A stretch of 32,000 nucleotides of DNA from Candidatus Saccharimonadota bacterium (GCA_965230905.1 OZ246396.1:960001-992000); one strand, 5' to 3'; positions 8,407 to 17,110 are shown, counted from the first letter of the stretch. The notes: a model not told the origin generated them from the letters alone. Program-made: numbers and translations.

Positions 8407-9002
8407 CGCTTCTCGCTAACTAGTTTGTAAGCCCACATTCCAAGTACGGCGCCCACTAGAGGTCCTACGAGGTAAGCAGGTGAGAAGGAATTTATTCCAA
8501 AAGCCACGGCTGGATTTAAAATTCCGTTTCCAAAGTGGGAGGCAACGGAAATTCCCAGCATCAAAGAAACTGCTACTGCCACTCCGCTCACATCTTTGGG
8601 TACGCGTCCATAAATCACTGCGGCTACTCCAAAGGCAAAAAGGAAAGCTCCAATGGCTTCGCCTATGTAGGTCATTGGGTTATTGTCCAAAGGTGTATTC
8701 AAGTTGAAGTCGACGAGCTGAGTGGCTACTAAACAAGCGGCTCCCGCTGCTAAAAATTGTGCCACCCAATAAATCACCGCGTCTTTCACGGAAATTTTAC
8801 GGATGGAGAGAGCGCCTAGGGTGATGGCTGGGTTGAAATGTGCTCCGGAGAGGTGTCCAACGGTGTATACAAAAATACCCACAGTGCTCACTGCCAATAG
8901 CAAGGTTGGTACAGTGCTGTTTCCTGAAATGGAGAGAGAAACCACCAGTACTAAAAAGAATGTGCCGACGAACTCGGCGAGATACTTAGAAATTTTTTTC
9001 AT
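8403..9002 (-). CDS. MIP-family channel (aquaporin/glycerol-facilitator-like), compact 199 aa
   Basis: Two NPA boxes (SGAHFNPAITLG and GILNPAVAFG) and six hydrophobic segments. Confidence 0.85.
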   Translation of the reverse strand: MKKISKYLAEFVGTFFLVLVVSLSISGNSTVPTLLLAVSTVGIFVYTVGHLSGAHFNPAITLGALSIRKISVKDAVIYWVAQFLAAGAACLVATQLVDFNLNTPLDNNPMTYIGEAIGAFLFAFGVAAVIYGRVPKDVSGVAVAVSLMLGISVASHFGNGILNPAVAFGINSFSPAYLVGPLVGAVLGMWAYKLVSEKR

Positions 9003-9022
9003 GGGCGTGGGTTAGGATGGGT

Positions 9023-9754
9023 TTAGTATATGGAGGAGACCTGAACCTGTAAAGTTTTCAACGGGCGGTCGAGGTGCAAGCTAAAGAAACTCGGGATCCA
9101 TTCGCGCAGAGTTTCGGCTTCGTGGGCTTGGAGTTGGACCTTGCTGCACTGTTCGGCGCTGGCATGGCGGAAAAATTCGAAGGCTTTGCGGTACTTGAGT
9201 TCCAGGGGTCGGTGGTGTGTCTTGCGGCAGCCGGTGCAAGAAAGCGTGCCGGCTTCTTGGTCCCAGTGGGCGATGTCTTCCAGCGCTTCGTGGCAGAGAT
9301 TGCACTGTTTGAAGCTGGGCAAAAATCCCAGTAGGTGGGCGAGTTTGATGAGCGCGGCTTCGGGCAAAAAAGGATTGGGGTTGGCGTTGAGATTTTGCAG
9401 CGTTTCCAGGAGCAGCGCGTAGATTTCGGGCTGAGGGTCTTTGGATTGTAGGGCGTGCTCCAAAATTTCCAAAAAAATGGCGAGGCGGAAAACCAGGCTT
9501 ACGTTTTCTTTCAAATGGGTGAAGCTGTTTTTGACCTGCACATTTTGGAGGTAGAGGTGGTGCGTGCTTTGGTAGGTGGTGCCTTCAATCAAATTCATCA
9601 ATTCGAGGTGGGCGCGGCGGCGGGAATTGGGAATGTTGGCGCCTTTTATTACGAGGTCCAGACGTTCGCCGGTGCACGAAAGCACCGTGAGCATGAGGTC
9701 TTTCTCCCCATATTCACGTTTGCGTAAAAGGATTCCGGTCAGGTTCTGAATCAT
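9023..9754 (-). CDS. recO: DNA repair protein RecO
   Basis: 243 aa with an OB-fold-like N-terminus (GILLRKREYGEKDLMLTVL) and a C-terminal zinc-finger pair (CNLCHE...CTGCRK). Confidence 0.85.
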   Translation of the reverse strand: MIQNLTGILLRKREYGEKDLMLTVLSCTGERLDLVIKGANIPNSRRRAHLELMNLIEGTTYQSTHHLYLQNVQVKNSFTHLKENVSLVFRLAIFLEILEHALQSKDPQPEIYALLLETLQNLNANPNPFLPEAALIKLAHLLGFLPSFKQCNLCHEALEDIAHWDQEAGTLSCTGCRKTHHRPLELKYRKAFEFFRHASAEQCSKVQLQAHEAETLREWIPSFFSLHLDRPLKTLQVQVSSIY

Positions 9755-10666
9755 TTATTCAAGCACGAGCGTGCGTTTTAAATAAAAGTGCGTGGCGACA
9801 TAACTGGAGAGTACGCCGACTCCCACGCTCACCGCCATTTCGCCGAGGAAAAGCCAGAGCGGACTCCAGTAAAATTGAAAGCTGAGGTAGTTGGAAAGGG
9901 AAGTACCTTCCAAAAAGAACATGAGCAAAAAGAAGCTGAAGAACACGGCGATGAAGCTGTAAAAAGCGCCTTCAAACAGAAAGGGCAGTTGGATCATGCT
10001 GTAGCGGGCGCCCACCAATTGCATGATTTGGATTTCGGTTTTGCGGGTGAAAATGCTGAGGTGAATGGCGTTCATGATCATGAGCAGTGAGCCGAGAATG
10101 AAGGTCACCACCACGCCCACGATGAGCTTTTGGGTGAAGTCGGTCACGCTGAGCAAACGCGCCGCGATGACTTGGTTTTCGCCGGAGCTTTCCACGTCCA
10201 GCAGCAGGTCGGCGTAGGGCGATTCTTCCAAATGCGTTAGCACCACCTCATGCTCGTCCGGTGAATTCGTTACGATGCGGAGGTTGGCGGGGAGAGGATT
10301 TTCGATTCCGTAGACGGTGAATGGATCCGATTTATCGGGGTAGAGGCTTATGAATTCTTCGAGTGCCTGGTCGCTGCTGGTGTACTCGACTTCCTTCACC
10401 ACGCTCAGTGCTTCAACTTCTTTCACTAAATTGTTCACTTCGTAGAGGGAGCTGGCGTCGTTCACGTAAATGATCAGATCGATTTTTTCCGCCAGGTCAT
10501 TGAGGGTGGATTGGGTCAGGGTGTTTAGCACCATGATCACGTTGAAGATGAACAAAATCAGGCCCATCATCACGGTGGTGGCGGTGCTGAGCAGCATGTT
10601 TCGCCCCACGTTTTGCAGGGAAATGCGGCTGAGGCGGTTTATATTGTAAGCAAGTCGGGGTCGCAT
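9755..10666 (-). CDS. ftsX: cell-division permease-like protein FtsX
   Basis: 303 aa. N-terminus RISLQNVGRNMLLSTATTVMMGL, a periplasmic-type loop domain, then three C-terminal TM segments. Its stop codon abuts the recO ATG. Confidence 0.85.
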   Translation of the reverse strand: MRPRLAYNINRLSRISLQNVGRNMLLSTATTVMMGLILFIFNVIMVLNTLTQSTLNDLAEKIDLIIYVNDASSLYEVNNLVKEVEALSVVKEVEYTSSDQALEEFISLYPDKSDPFTVYGIENPLPANLRIVTNSPDEHEVVLTHLEESPYADLLLDVESSGENQVIAARLLSVTDFTQKLIVGVVVTFILGSLLMIMNAIHLSIFTRKTEIQIMQLVGARYSMIQLPFLFEGAFYSFIAVFFSFFLLMFFLEGTSLSNYLSFQFYWSPLWLFLGEMAVSVGVGVLSSYVATHFYLKRTLVLE

Positions 10667-11121
10667 GGCGTTGCGGCGGGTGATTGGGCGAGCGCGCCCT
10701 TAATAAGTGAACTTTTGAAGGTTTCAGGTTGAAAAGGGGCGAGCCGCACCATTTCAACGTTCAGTTTTTCTTTGATGAAATAATTTTCGAGGCCGTAGGT
10801 GAACACATACTGGTCGTAGCCCAGGGCGAGCACGGCGGGCGCGTATTTTTTGATGACGCGGTACTTGTCGTCCGTGAAGCCGAGTACGGCGCGGTCCACG
10901 TGTTTGCAGTTCTGCACGTCACGGAGGCGTTTGCGTTCGTTGTACATGGGCGCGGCCCCTTTTACTTTTTTTACCGTTTCATCACGGGCAATCACCACAA
11001 TCAGTTGGTCGCCCAGTGCGCGCGCCTGCTCCAGGTAATTGTCGTGTCCGGCATGAAAAAAATCAAAGGTCCCAAAGGCCATAATGATTTTCGGCTTGTC
11101 GCTATTAGAAGAGCTTTGCAT
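10639..11121 (-). CDS. cytidylyltransferase-fold FAD synthetase, archaeal RibL-like (FMN adenylyltransferase)
   Basis: Nucleotidyltransferase motif GTFDFFHAGH, plus LIVVIARDETVKKVKG, which is very close to the RibL motif as I recall it. The track start at 11133 is a TTG, so I prefer ATG 11121. It overlaps the ftsX start by 28 nt. Confidence 0.7.
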   Translation of the reverse strand: MQSSSNSDKPKIIMAFGTFDFFHAGHDNYLEQARALGDQLIVVIARDETVKKVKGAAPMYNERKRLRDVQNCKHVDRAVLGFTDDKYRVIKKYAPAVLALGYDQYVFTYGLENYFIKEKLNVEMVRLAPFQPETFKSSLIKGALAQSPAATPCDPDLLTI

Positions 11122-11419
11122 CGGAGAGTCCAAAATTAAAATAAAGGGCGCCTAGAAATACCAGAAAAGAAAAACTGCTGCAAACCATGACGGGCACTTT
11201 TAGGTTGCCGGTTACGATTTCCAGCGCGAGCGAAAAGCGAGCGCATCCATACACGAGCGCCGCAAACAAAAAGGGGAGGTCTAGGGCGTTGAAGAGCAGT
11301 GAGTCCACGCGGTCCACCACTCCATTGGCGAGCAGTAGCGATGCACTGATGTGCAAACCTCCCAAAACCACAAAAAAGAACAAAGAAACGTGAGCTAGGT
11401 TTTGCAAGGTTTTTTGCAT
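11105..11419 (-). CDS. small integral membrane protein (hypothetical)
   Basis: 104 aa with three hydrophobic segments. It is the first gene of a five-gene minus-strand operon running from 11419 down to 8403. Confidence 0.55.
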   Translation of the reverse strand: MQKTLQNLAHVSLFFFVVLGGLHISASLLLANGVVDRVDSLLFNALDLPFLFAALVYGCARFSLALEIVTGNLKVPVMVCSSFSFLVFLGALYFNFGLSDAKLF

Positions 11420-11425
11420 GAATTG

Positions 11426-11454
11426 AGTATAGCTAGGCGATTGGGAAAGTTCAA
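11426..11454 (-). promoter_or_regulatory. sigma70-like promoter, near-leaderless
   Basis: On the minus strand: TTGAAC (11449-11454), 17-nt spacer, TATACT (11426-11431). Only 6 nt separate the -10 box from the ATG at 11419. Confidence 0.4.
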
Positions 11455-11466
11455 TCTGGAAGGGGA

Positions 11467-11487
11467 GTGTACGAAAAAGTCGTACAC
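11467..11487. promoter_or_regulatory. perfect 8-bp inverted repeat GTGTACGA-N5-TCGTACAC
   Basis: It sits between the two divergent promoter candidates in the 212-bp intergenic region. This makes it a candidate operator or small hairpin. Confidence 0.4.
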
Positions 11488-11580
11488 CTCAATCAAGACC
11501 TTAGTGAGTTGGAGACAAAACGTCACCAACTGAAATTAACAGCTTCTGACGGTAAAAAACTCGACGGAATATTTTCGCCC

Positions 11581-11609
11581 TTGCCTCCGAATACTATTCA
11601 CTATATAGT
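11581..11609 (+). promoter_or_regulatory. sigma70-like promoter candidate for the padR operon
   Basis: TTGCCT (11581-11586), 17-nt spacer, TATAGT (11604-11609). The -10 box is embedded in the perfect 10-bp palindrome ACTATATAGT. Confidence 0.45.
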
Positions 11610-11631
11610 AAGTCCACTTTTATCTAAAACC

Positions 11632-11970
11632 ATGCAATTTTCCAAAGAAATTTTGAAAGGGAGCATTGAAGTCATCGTACTTCAAGCCCTTCATGAACTG
11701 GGTGAGGCTTATGGATATCAACTTGTCACCGCCATTCAAGAAATGAGCGGAGGCACTTTTGAATTTCAAGAAAGCACTCTCTATCCCTTACTCTATCGTC
11801 TTGAGGAAAAAAGTTTTTTAAAAAGCCATCGTCAAAAGGCTCCCAGTGGCAAAGAAAGACGTTACTATTCCTTGACCGCTAAGGGCACGAAAGTACTTTC
11901 CGAGAAACGTTTTGAAATTGGTCAGTTTGTACTCGGGATGAACAAGCTTTTAAACCTTGGCCATGAATAA
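11632..11970 (+). CDS. PadR-family transcriptional regulator
   Basis: The winged-helix core VLQALHELGEAYGYQLVTAIQEMSGGTFEFQESTLYPLLYRLEEKSFLKS...RRYYSLTAKG is canonical PadR. The track start at 11467 is a non-ATG codon inside the palindrome, and ATG 11632 gives a typical 112-aa PadR. Confidence 0.85.
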   Translation: MQFSKEILKGSIEVIVLQALHELGEAYGYQLVTAIQEMSGGTFEFQESTLYPLLYRLEEKSFLKSHRQKAPSGKERRYYSLTAKGTKVLSEKRFEIGQFVLGMNKLLNLGHE

Positions 11971-13417
11971 GAAAGTGTATTTTGATTTCCTTAAGCAGAA
12001 GCTTCCTAAAGATAAATATCGGACTCGATTTTTGGAGGAATTGGAAGAGCATTTTGAAGATGCTTTGTACGCTGAGACCTTTAAGGAAAATGCTGCAGAG
12101 GAACGAGCCTTGGAGAGGCTTGGTGACCCTGATCAAACTTTATTCTATTACAAAAAACTTATGAGCAAACATTCATCCGTTTATACATACTTGGAAGCTC
12201 TATTTTTTGGAGTGCTTTCCACCCCGTTCTATCTGTCCCTTTTCGTCGCCAATTCAGTTACCGAAAGCACGGAAGTACTTTTCCTTAAGGTGCTCGCCTT
12301 TTTCTTGAGTGCTTCCGGCTTATGGGCTCTGTTTTATGTTTTCTATCACTTCATTTTTTCAAAACTCAAACCGCTCAATGAGCTCTTGAGCCCTAGGGGA
12401 AAACTCGCCTCTTTTATAGCATGCATGGCTCCCGCCTACCTGGGTGCACTTGCCTTAACTTTTAATTTTTACTTCACCGACTACCAAGATCACTACTTCC
12501 CATTTGTGATACTTGCTTACTTGGTGATTGGGCTTACTGCAGCTTGGAAGTCCTATGTTTATACTTTTAAAAAGCCATGGTCCGTCAGCAACGAAAAAAC
12601 CAACTACTTGTTAACGCTACTTTTGTTCGCTCTTTTGATCTTCACTGAGGTGGGAGAGGTGATCGCCTACTTCATGAAGGTCATTTGGGTGATCATTTTT
12701 TATGGTTTCAACGCTAATGTGATATGGGCCATTTGGTCCTCCGGGCTTGCTGTTTTGGCCTTGGGGATTTTCAGTTTGGTCTCTCTTCTTAGGTGGGGCA
12801 AAGCTCGCAAGGCGGCGTTTCCTCTGGTGAAGGTTCTCATTTTGATGAGTTCTATTTATGCTCTTTTTATCCCGACCTCTGGATTAGCGGTTGTCGAAGA
12901 ACTCGAATGGAATAAGCCTCATGTAGAACTGGTGCAGACTTTTGAAAAAGAACAGACGGGGCCGTTCTATCTTTGGTCACAAAAATTCAGACGAGACGAT
13001 GGTCCGATCATTGATTACTCTATTTCCTATCGTGGCGACGGTTTCTTTGTTCACATTCAAAATATTGCCGACTATGAGGTGAAGGTCAGTTCTTTGGATG
13101 AGTTCTCTGTGAAGAAATTGAGTTCGGATCCAACGGAAGTTTACCCCCCAAGCAACTCCATTTTGCATGAAGATTTGACCTGCGTGCTCAGTGACTTGGC
13201 TGCGGAGAGTCACGAAGGTATCGCCGAGCCGCCAATCTTGGGCGGTGAAACCGACTGTAAAGAGCTCTACTACGGCGATGAACTTATTTTCAGCAATCCA
13301 AGCGGACAGTGGTTCATGCTCCAAAATGCGGTGTTTTCTCCGGGCCAAGAGTGGCTTTTACTGGAATTCAACGATGTAATGGAAGACCCGACTTCGCTCT
13401 ATCTGGTTGAGCTATAA
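11963..13417 (+). CDS. polytopic membrane protein with an N-terminal DUF1700/'permease-prefix'-like helical module; PadR partner
   Basis: Its ATG overlaps the padR stop codon (ATGAATAA). The N-terminus FLEELEEHFEDAL...EERALERLGDPDQ matches the helical module often encoded after PadR genes. About 8 TM segments follow, then a roughly 170-aa soluble C-terminal domain. Confidence 0.75.
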   Translation: MNKKVYFDFLKQKLPKDKYRTRFLEELEEHFEDALYAETFKENAAEERALERLGDPDQTLFYYKKLMSKHSSVYTYLEALFFGVLSTPFYLSLFVANSVTESTEVLFLKVLAFFLSASGLWALFYVFYHFIFSKLKPLNELLSPRGKLASFIACMAPAYLGALALTFNFYFTDYQDHYFPFVILAYLVIGLTAAWKSYVYTFKKPWSVSNEKTNYLLTLLLFALLIFTEVGEVIAYFMKVIWVIIFYGFNANVIWAIWSSGLAVLALGIFSLVSLLRWGKARKAAFPLVKVLILMSSIYALFIPTSGLAVVEELEWNKPHVELVQTFEKEQTGPFYLWSQKFRRDDGPIIDYSISYRGDGFFVHIQNIADYEVKVSSLDEFSVKKLSSDPTEVYPPSNSILHEDLTCVLSDLAAESHEGIAEPPILGGETDCKELYYGDELIFSNPSGQWFMLQNAVFSPGQEWLLLEFNDVMEDPTSLYLVEL

Positions 13418-13429
13418 ACTGAGTCAAAA

Positions 13430-13458
13430 TTGACATTTTTCAAAAAACTGTCAATATT
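13430..13458 (+). promoter_or_regulatory. promoter candidate overlapping GTCAA/TTGAC repeats
   Basis: TTGACA (13430-13435), 17-nt spacer, AATATT (13453-13458). The half-sites GTCAA (13423), TTGAC (13430) and TGTCAA (13449) form an inverted repeat. Confidence 0.4.
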
Positions 13459-13480
13459 CTCGCTCATTTAATCTTTTCAT

Positions 13481-14434
13481 ATGGGGTACGAAGGGCCAGA
13501 AAGACGGATAGACCCTAGAAGTCGATTGTCATCAGGAAAACAAGTGGCACGCGCTTTAAGTCGTTTTCGAGGCGATGAACCTGAAGATTTGGAGACAGCT
13601 TGTTTTCGCGAAGGAGACTCTATGCGCTTGGCCATACGTCGACTGTTTAATCAAATTGAAGAGGAAGGACTCCCTGAAGCTGACCGAAGGAGCATCGAGT
13701 CTCTGTTGGAAAATCCAGAAAGAGGTTATAAGTCTTGGGTTACTTTTCTTGGAAAGAACGGCTTTGCTCCAGAAAACCTTCGTGAAGTAGATGTCCCTGT
13801 GCCCACTCAAGCAGAAGCCTTGGCGCTCATTCTGAGAAAACTCACTCCGTCTCAAATGGAGGAACTCAAAAGTCCTTTGGTTTTTTCAAAAACTCAATTT
13901 GTGATGGAACCCATTGTTTCTTCAGATCCAATATTGTCAGAAGCTAAAATTGGTACTACGACGCTTTTTGTTAATGATTGGTCTCGCTCCGCTCTTCAAA
14001 GGGCCGATGCCAGAGATAATGTTTCAGGTGTGAATGCCGGAAAAATCCTTGGATGGAGAGTGGGGATTGTAGAAGCTGCTAGAGCTCCTAACGTGCTTCC
14101 GGGCGAAGATTTGGAAACTTCACTTGAGCAGAGAATGGTCTGGCACAATGAAATTTATGGTGCAAAAGGAGTCATTCGACCCAGCCTTAAAACTGCAGCC
14201 TTATTGTCTGCGCAGGCAAAACAAGCTGGTCAGCCTATTGATGACTTGTGGAATGAATCTTTGCCGCAAGCTGAAAGAACGTGGTCTCTTTTGGGAGAAC
14301 CTGTCCATGAGGGCCTGGTTGCTGGCTCCTCTTGGTTTCAGCTTGAGGAGAGGGTGGAGTTGTGTGGGCGCAATGCAAGTGCTCAGCTTGCTAGTGCCCG
14401 TCTTCGTTCGTTGGTGATGTTTGAGCCTGATTAG
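13481..14434 (+). CDS. hypothetical soluble protein
   Basis: 317-aa ORF starting at an ATG, with no overlapping alternative. No TM segment and no motif I recognise. Confidence 0.7.
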   Translation: MGYEGPERRIDPRSRLSSGKQVARALSRFRGDEPEDLETACFREGDSMRLAIRRLFNQIEEEGLPEADRRSIESLLENPERGYKSWVTFLGKNGFAPENLREVDVPVPTQAEALALILRKLTPSQMEELKSPLVFSKTQFVMEPIVSSDPILSEAKIGTTTLFVNDWSRSALQRADARDNVSGVNAGKILGWRVGIVEAARAPNVLPGEDLETSLEQRMVWHNEIYGAKGVIRPSLKTAALLSAQAKQAGQPIDDLWNESLPQAERTWSLLGEPVHEGLVAGSSWFQLEERVELCGRNASAQLASARLRSLVMFEPD

Positions 14435-14475
14435 TGAGTTGGAGTAAAGTTTTTGTTTCGTGTTATATTTTTCAC

Positions 14476-15363
14476 ATGAAACAAAAAGAAGAAAAGCGTG
14501 GAGAAATCTTTCTTCTGGTTTGCCTACTTATTCAATCGTTTTTTCCGCTTTTTGCGAATGAAGGCGCTAAACTTTTTTCGCCTCTGCTTTATTTGACCTA
14601 TATGATTGGAATTTCGATCCCTTTCTTGTTGGCTATTAATCTGTGGAGAGGAGAGTTCAAGCAGCTCTTCAATCGTGAAGTTTTTTGGCAACTGATGGGA
14701 GTTTCACTTTTTGTGATTGTGATGCCCAGTTTGCTTATTTTCTGGGCGACTAAAGATTCCAGTGGCATCAACACCACTCTGCTCACTCAATCCGAGATTA
14801 TTTATGCCACCATTTTGTGCGCTTTCTTGGGGGAGAGAATCAGCCGATTTCGTCTCCTGGGAGTTTTATTTATTTTGATTGGAGGGGTGCTGGTTTTGTA
14901 TCAGGGTGCTTTTGTGCTCAATCGGGCCGATTTAGTCCTGTTTTTAGCGCCAGCTTTTTATCCGTTGGGAAATGTGCTGGCTAAGAAGGCTCTCAAAAGG
15001 GTGGGTTGGTCTACTATTCTGCTATTCCGCGCACTTATTGGTGAAGCGATTCTTATTGCACTTTGTTTGAGTTTGGGTGAGTCTTTTTCAATTCCTCCCA
15101 GGGAGATTTGGTTCTCTTTGCTCTTTATGGGAATAGGAGTTTGCTGCGTCGCCAAGATCTTTTGGTATCTTGGGCTTCAGCGGATGGAAGTGGGAAAAGC
15201 AACGGCCATCATAATGACTTACCCGGCGCCGGCACTTTTATTTGCGGTGCTTTTCTTTGAGGAAATCCCTACAGTTTACCAACTCTTCGGATTTTTTGTG
15301 ATATGCATCGGAATTTATTTCATCTTGAAGAGCCAGAGCTGGCAGTATAAAGTTTCCGCATGA
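14476..15363 (+). CDS. EamA/DMT-family transporter
   Basis: About 10 TM segments in two halves, as is typical of EamA repeats. The first ATG is at 14476, while the track start at 14434 is a non-ATG codon. The stop overlaps the gatC start (ATGA). Confidence 0.8.
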   Translation: MKQKEEKRGEIFLLVCLLIQSFFPLFANEGAKLFSPLLYLTYMIGISIPFLLAINLWRGEFKQLFNREVFWQLMGVSLFVIVMPSLLIFWATKDSSGINTTLLTQSEIIYATILCAFLGERISRFRLLGVLFILIGGVLVLYQGAFVLNRADLVLFLAPAFYPLGNVLAKKALKRVGWSTILLFRALIGEAILIALCLSLGESFSIPPREIWFSLLFMGIGVCCVAKIFWYLGLQRMEVGKATAIIMTYPAPALLFAVLFFEEIPTVYQLFGFFVICIGIYFILKSQSWQYKVSA

Positions 15364-15650
15364 AGCTCACGAAAGAACAAGTTGAGAAAATTGCGCAGCT
15401 GGCAAGGCTGCAATTGACCGAGGAGGAAATGGAACGTTACGCGGGGCAGCTCACGGAGATTTTGAACTATGTGGACGTGCTGAAAGAACTCGATACCACG
15501 GGCGTGCCGGAGACTTCTCAGGTTACGGGGCTTACCAATGTGACTCGCAAAGATGAGTCGCGCGGGGTTTTAGCTACCTCGGATGAACTTTTGGACTGCA
15601 GCCCGCTCGAAAAAACCGACCATCAAATTAGAATTAAACGAATCATGTAA
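15360..15650 (+). CDS. gatC: Asp/Glu-tRNA(Asn/Gln) amidotransferase subunit C
   Basis: 96 aa. VEKIAQLARLQLTEEEMERYAGQLTEILNYVDVL is the canonical GatC pattern. The gene overlaps gatA through TAATG. Confidence 0.9.
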   Translation: MKLTKEQVEKIAQLARLQLTEEEMERYAGQLTEILNYVDVLKELDTTGVPETSQVTGLTNVTRKDESRGVLATSDELLDCSPLEKTDHQIRIKRIM

Positions 15651-17110
15651 TGGATTTAAATTGGCTTTCTATCGCCGAGGCACACAAGGGTCTGCAAGAA
15701 AAAAAGTTTTCTGCAGAGGACTTGCTCGATGCGTGCTTGGCTCAGGTTGAAAAAGGGAAATATTTGAACAATTTTGTGACGGTGGATGCGGAGTTTGCGC
15801 GTGCACAAGCAAAGGCGGTGGATGCAAAAATCGCTCTTGGGGAGAAGATTGGCATTTTGGAAGGAATTCCTGCTGGTATCAAAGATTTGCTCTGTACCAA
15901 GGGTATGCGCACCACCGCTTCCTCGCACATGCTCGAGAACTTCAAACCGCCTTATGAGTCCACGGCTACGGCTCGCCTCAAGGAGGCTGGGTATGTGCTT
16001 TTTGGAAAAACCAATCTGGACGAATTCGCGTGTGGGGCTTCTACGGAAACCTCTTATTTTGGAACGAGTTTGAATCCTTGGAATAAAGACTGTGTGGCGG
16101 GGGGCAGCTCCGGGGGCAGCGCGTCATCGGTGGCGGCTGGTCAGAGTTTCTTCTCGCTTGGAACGGATACCGGAGGTTCGATTCGTCAGCCTTCTTCGCT
16201 CTGCGGATGTGTGGGGCTCAAGGTGACCTACGGCCGTGTGAGCCGTTTTGGAGTGATCGCCTTGGCGTCCAGCTGGGATACCGTGGGAACTTTTTCTCGA
16301 ACCGTTGAGGATGCAGCGATTCTTATGAACGTGATTGCGGGTGCGGATCCGTATGATTCCACTACGCCTGATGTTGAGGTTCCTGATTACACCGCTGATT
16401 TGAACAAAGGCGTGAAGGGGCTGCGCATTGGAGTGCCCAAGGAATATTTTGGAGAAGGGGTGGATGAAGAGGTTCGTCAGGTGGTTATGGCCGCGATTAA
16501 GGAATACGAAAAAATGGGCGCGATTGTGAAGGAAGTGAGCCTACCGATGACCAAGTACGGAGTGGCGGTTTACTACGTGACCATGCCCACTGAGCTTTCC
16601 ACTAATCTGGCGCGTTTCGACGGGATTCGTTTTGGTCACAGCTCCGGGCCGGTTGAGAATTTGACCGAACACTACAAGGCCAGTCGTGGAGAAGGTTTTG
16701 GCGCTGAGATCAAACGTCGAATCATGGTGGGAACCTTTGTGTCCTCCGCCGGTTATGCCGACGCTTACTACAAACAAGCTCAACGCGCCCGCACTTTGAT
16801 TATCAAAGATTTTGAGGCGGCATTTGGGGAGGTGGATGTTTTGATGGCGCCGGTTTCCCCTACGCCCGCCTTTAAGGTAGGCGAAAAAGCTAGCAATCCT
16901 TTGGCCATGTATTTGGCGGATGCTCTGGCGATTCCTCCTTCTGCTGCGGGCGTTCCTGCGATTTCTTTGCCTTGTGGATTCACTGCGGGTGGGCTGCCGG
17001 TTGGTCTTCAGATTATTGGCCCCATGTGGAGTGAAGCACTGATTTTGCAAGCTGCTGCGGCGTTTGAAAAAACGAGTGGCTTATTGGAGAAGAGGCCGGT
17101 GATTGGGTAA
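15650..17110 (+). CDS. gatA: Asp/Glu-tRNA(Asn/Gln) amidotransferase subunit A
   Basis: 486 aa with the amidase signature GGSSGGSA...GTDTGGSIRQP. Confidence 0.95.
   Translation: MDLNWLSIAEAHKGLQEKKFSAEDLLDACLAQVEKGKYLNNFVTVDAEFARAQAKAVDAKIALGEKIGILEGIPAGIKDLLCTKGMRTTASSHMLENFKPPYESTATARLKEAGYVLFGKTNLDEFACGASTETSYFGTSLNPWNKDCVAGGSSGGSASSVAAGQSFFSLGTDTGGSIRQPSSLCGCVGLKVTYGRVSRFGVIALASSWDTVGTFSRTVEDAAILMNVIAGADPYDSTTPDVEVPDYTADLNKGVKGLRIGVPKEYFGEGVDEEVRQVVMAAIKEYEKMGAIVKEVSLPMTKYGVAVYYVTMPTELSTNLARFDGIRFGHSSGPVENLTEHYKASRGEGFGAEIKRRIMVGTFVSSAGYADAYYKQAQRARTLIIKDFEAAFGEVDVLMAPVSPTPAFKVGEKASNPLAMYLADALAIPPSAAGVPAISLPCGFTAGGLPVGLQIIGPMWSEALILQAAAAFEKTSGLLEKRPVIG

Noticed and set aside
16541-17050. 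169-aa minus-strand ORF antisense to gatA, and the similar ORFs at 15656..15945
   Set aside because: These are shadow frames within gatA, with an R/N/Q-rich nonsense composition.
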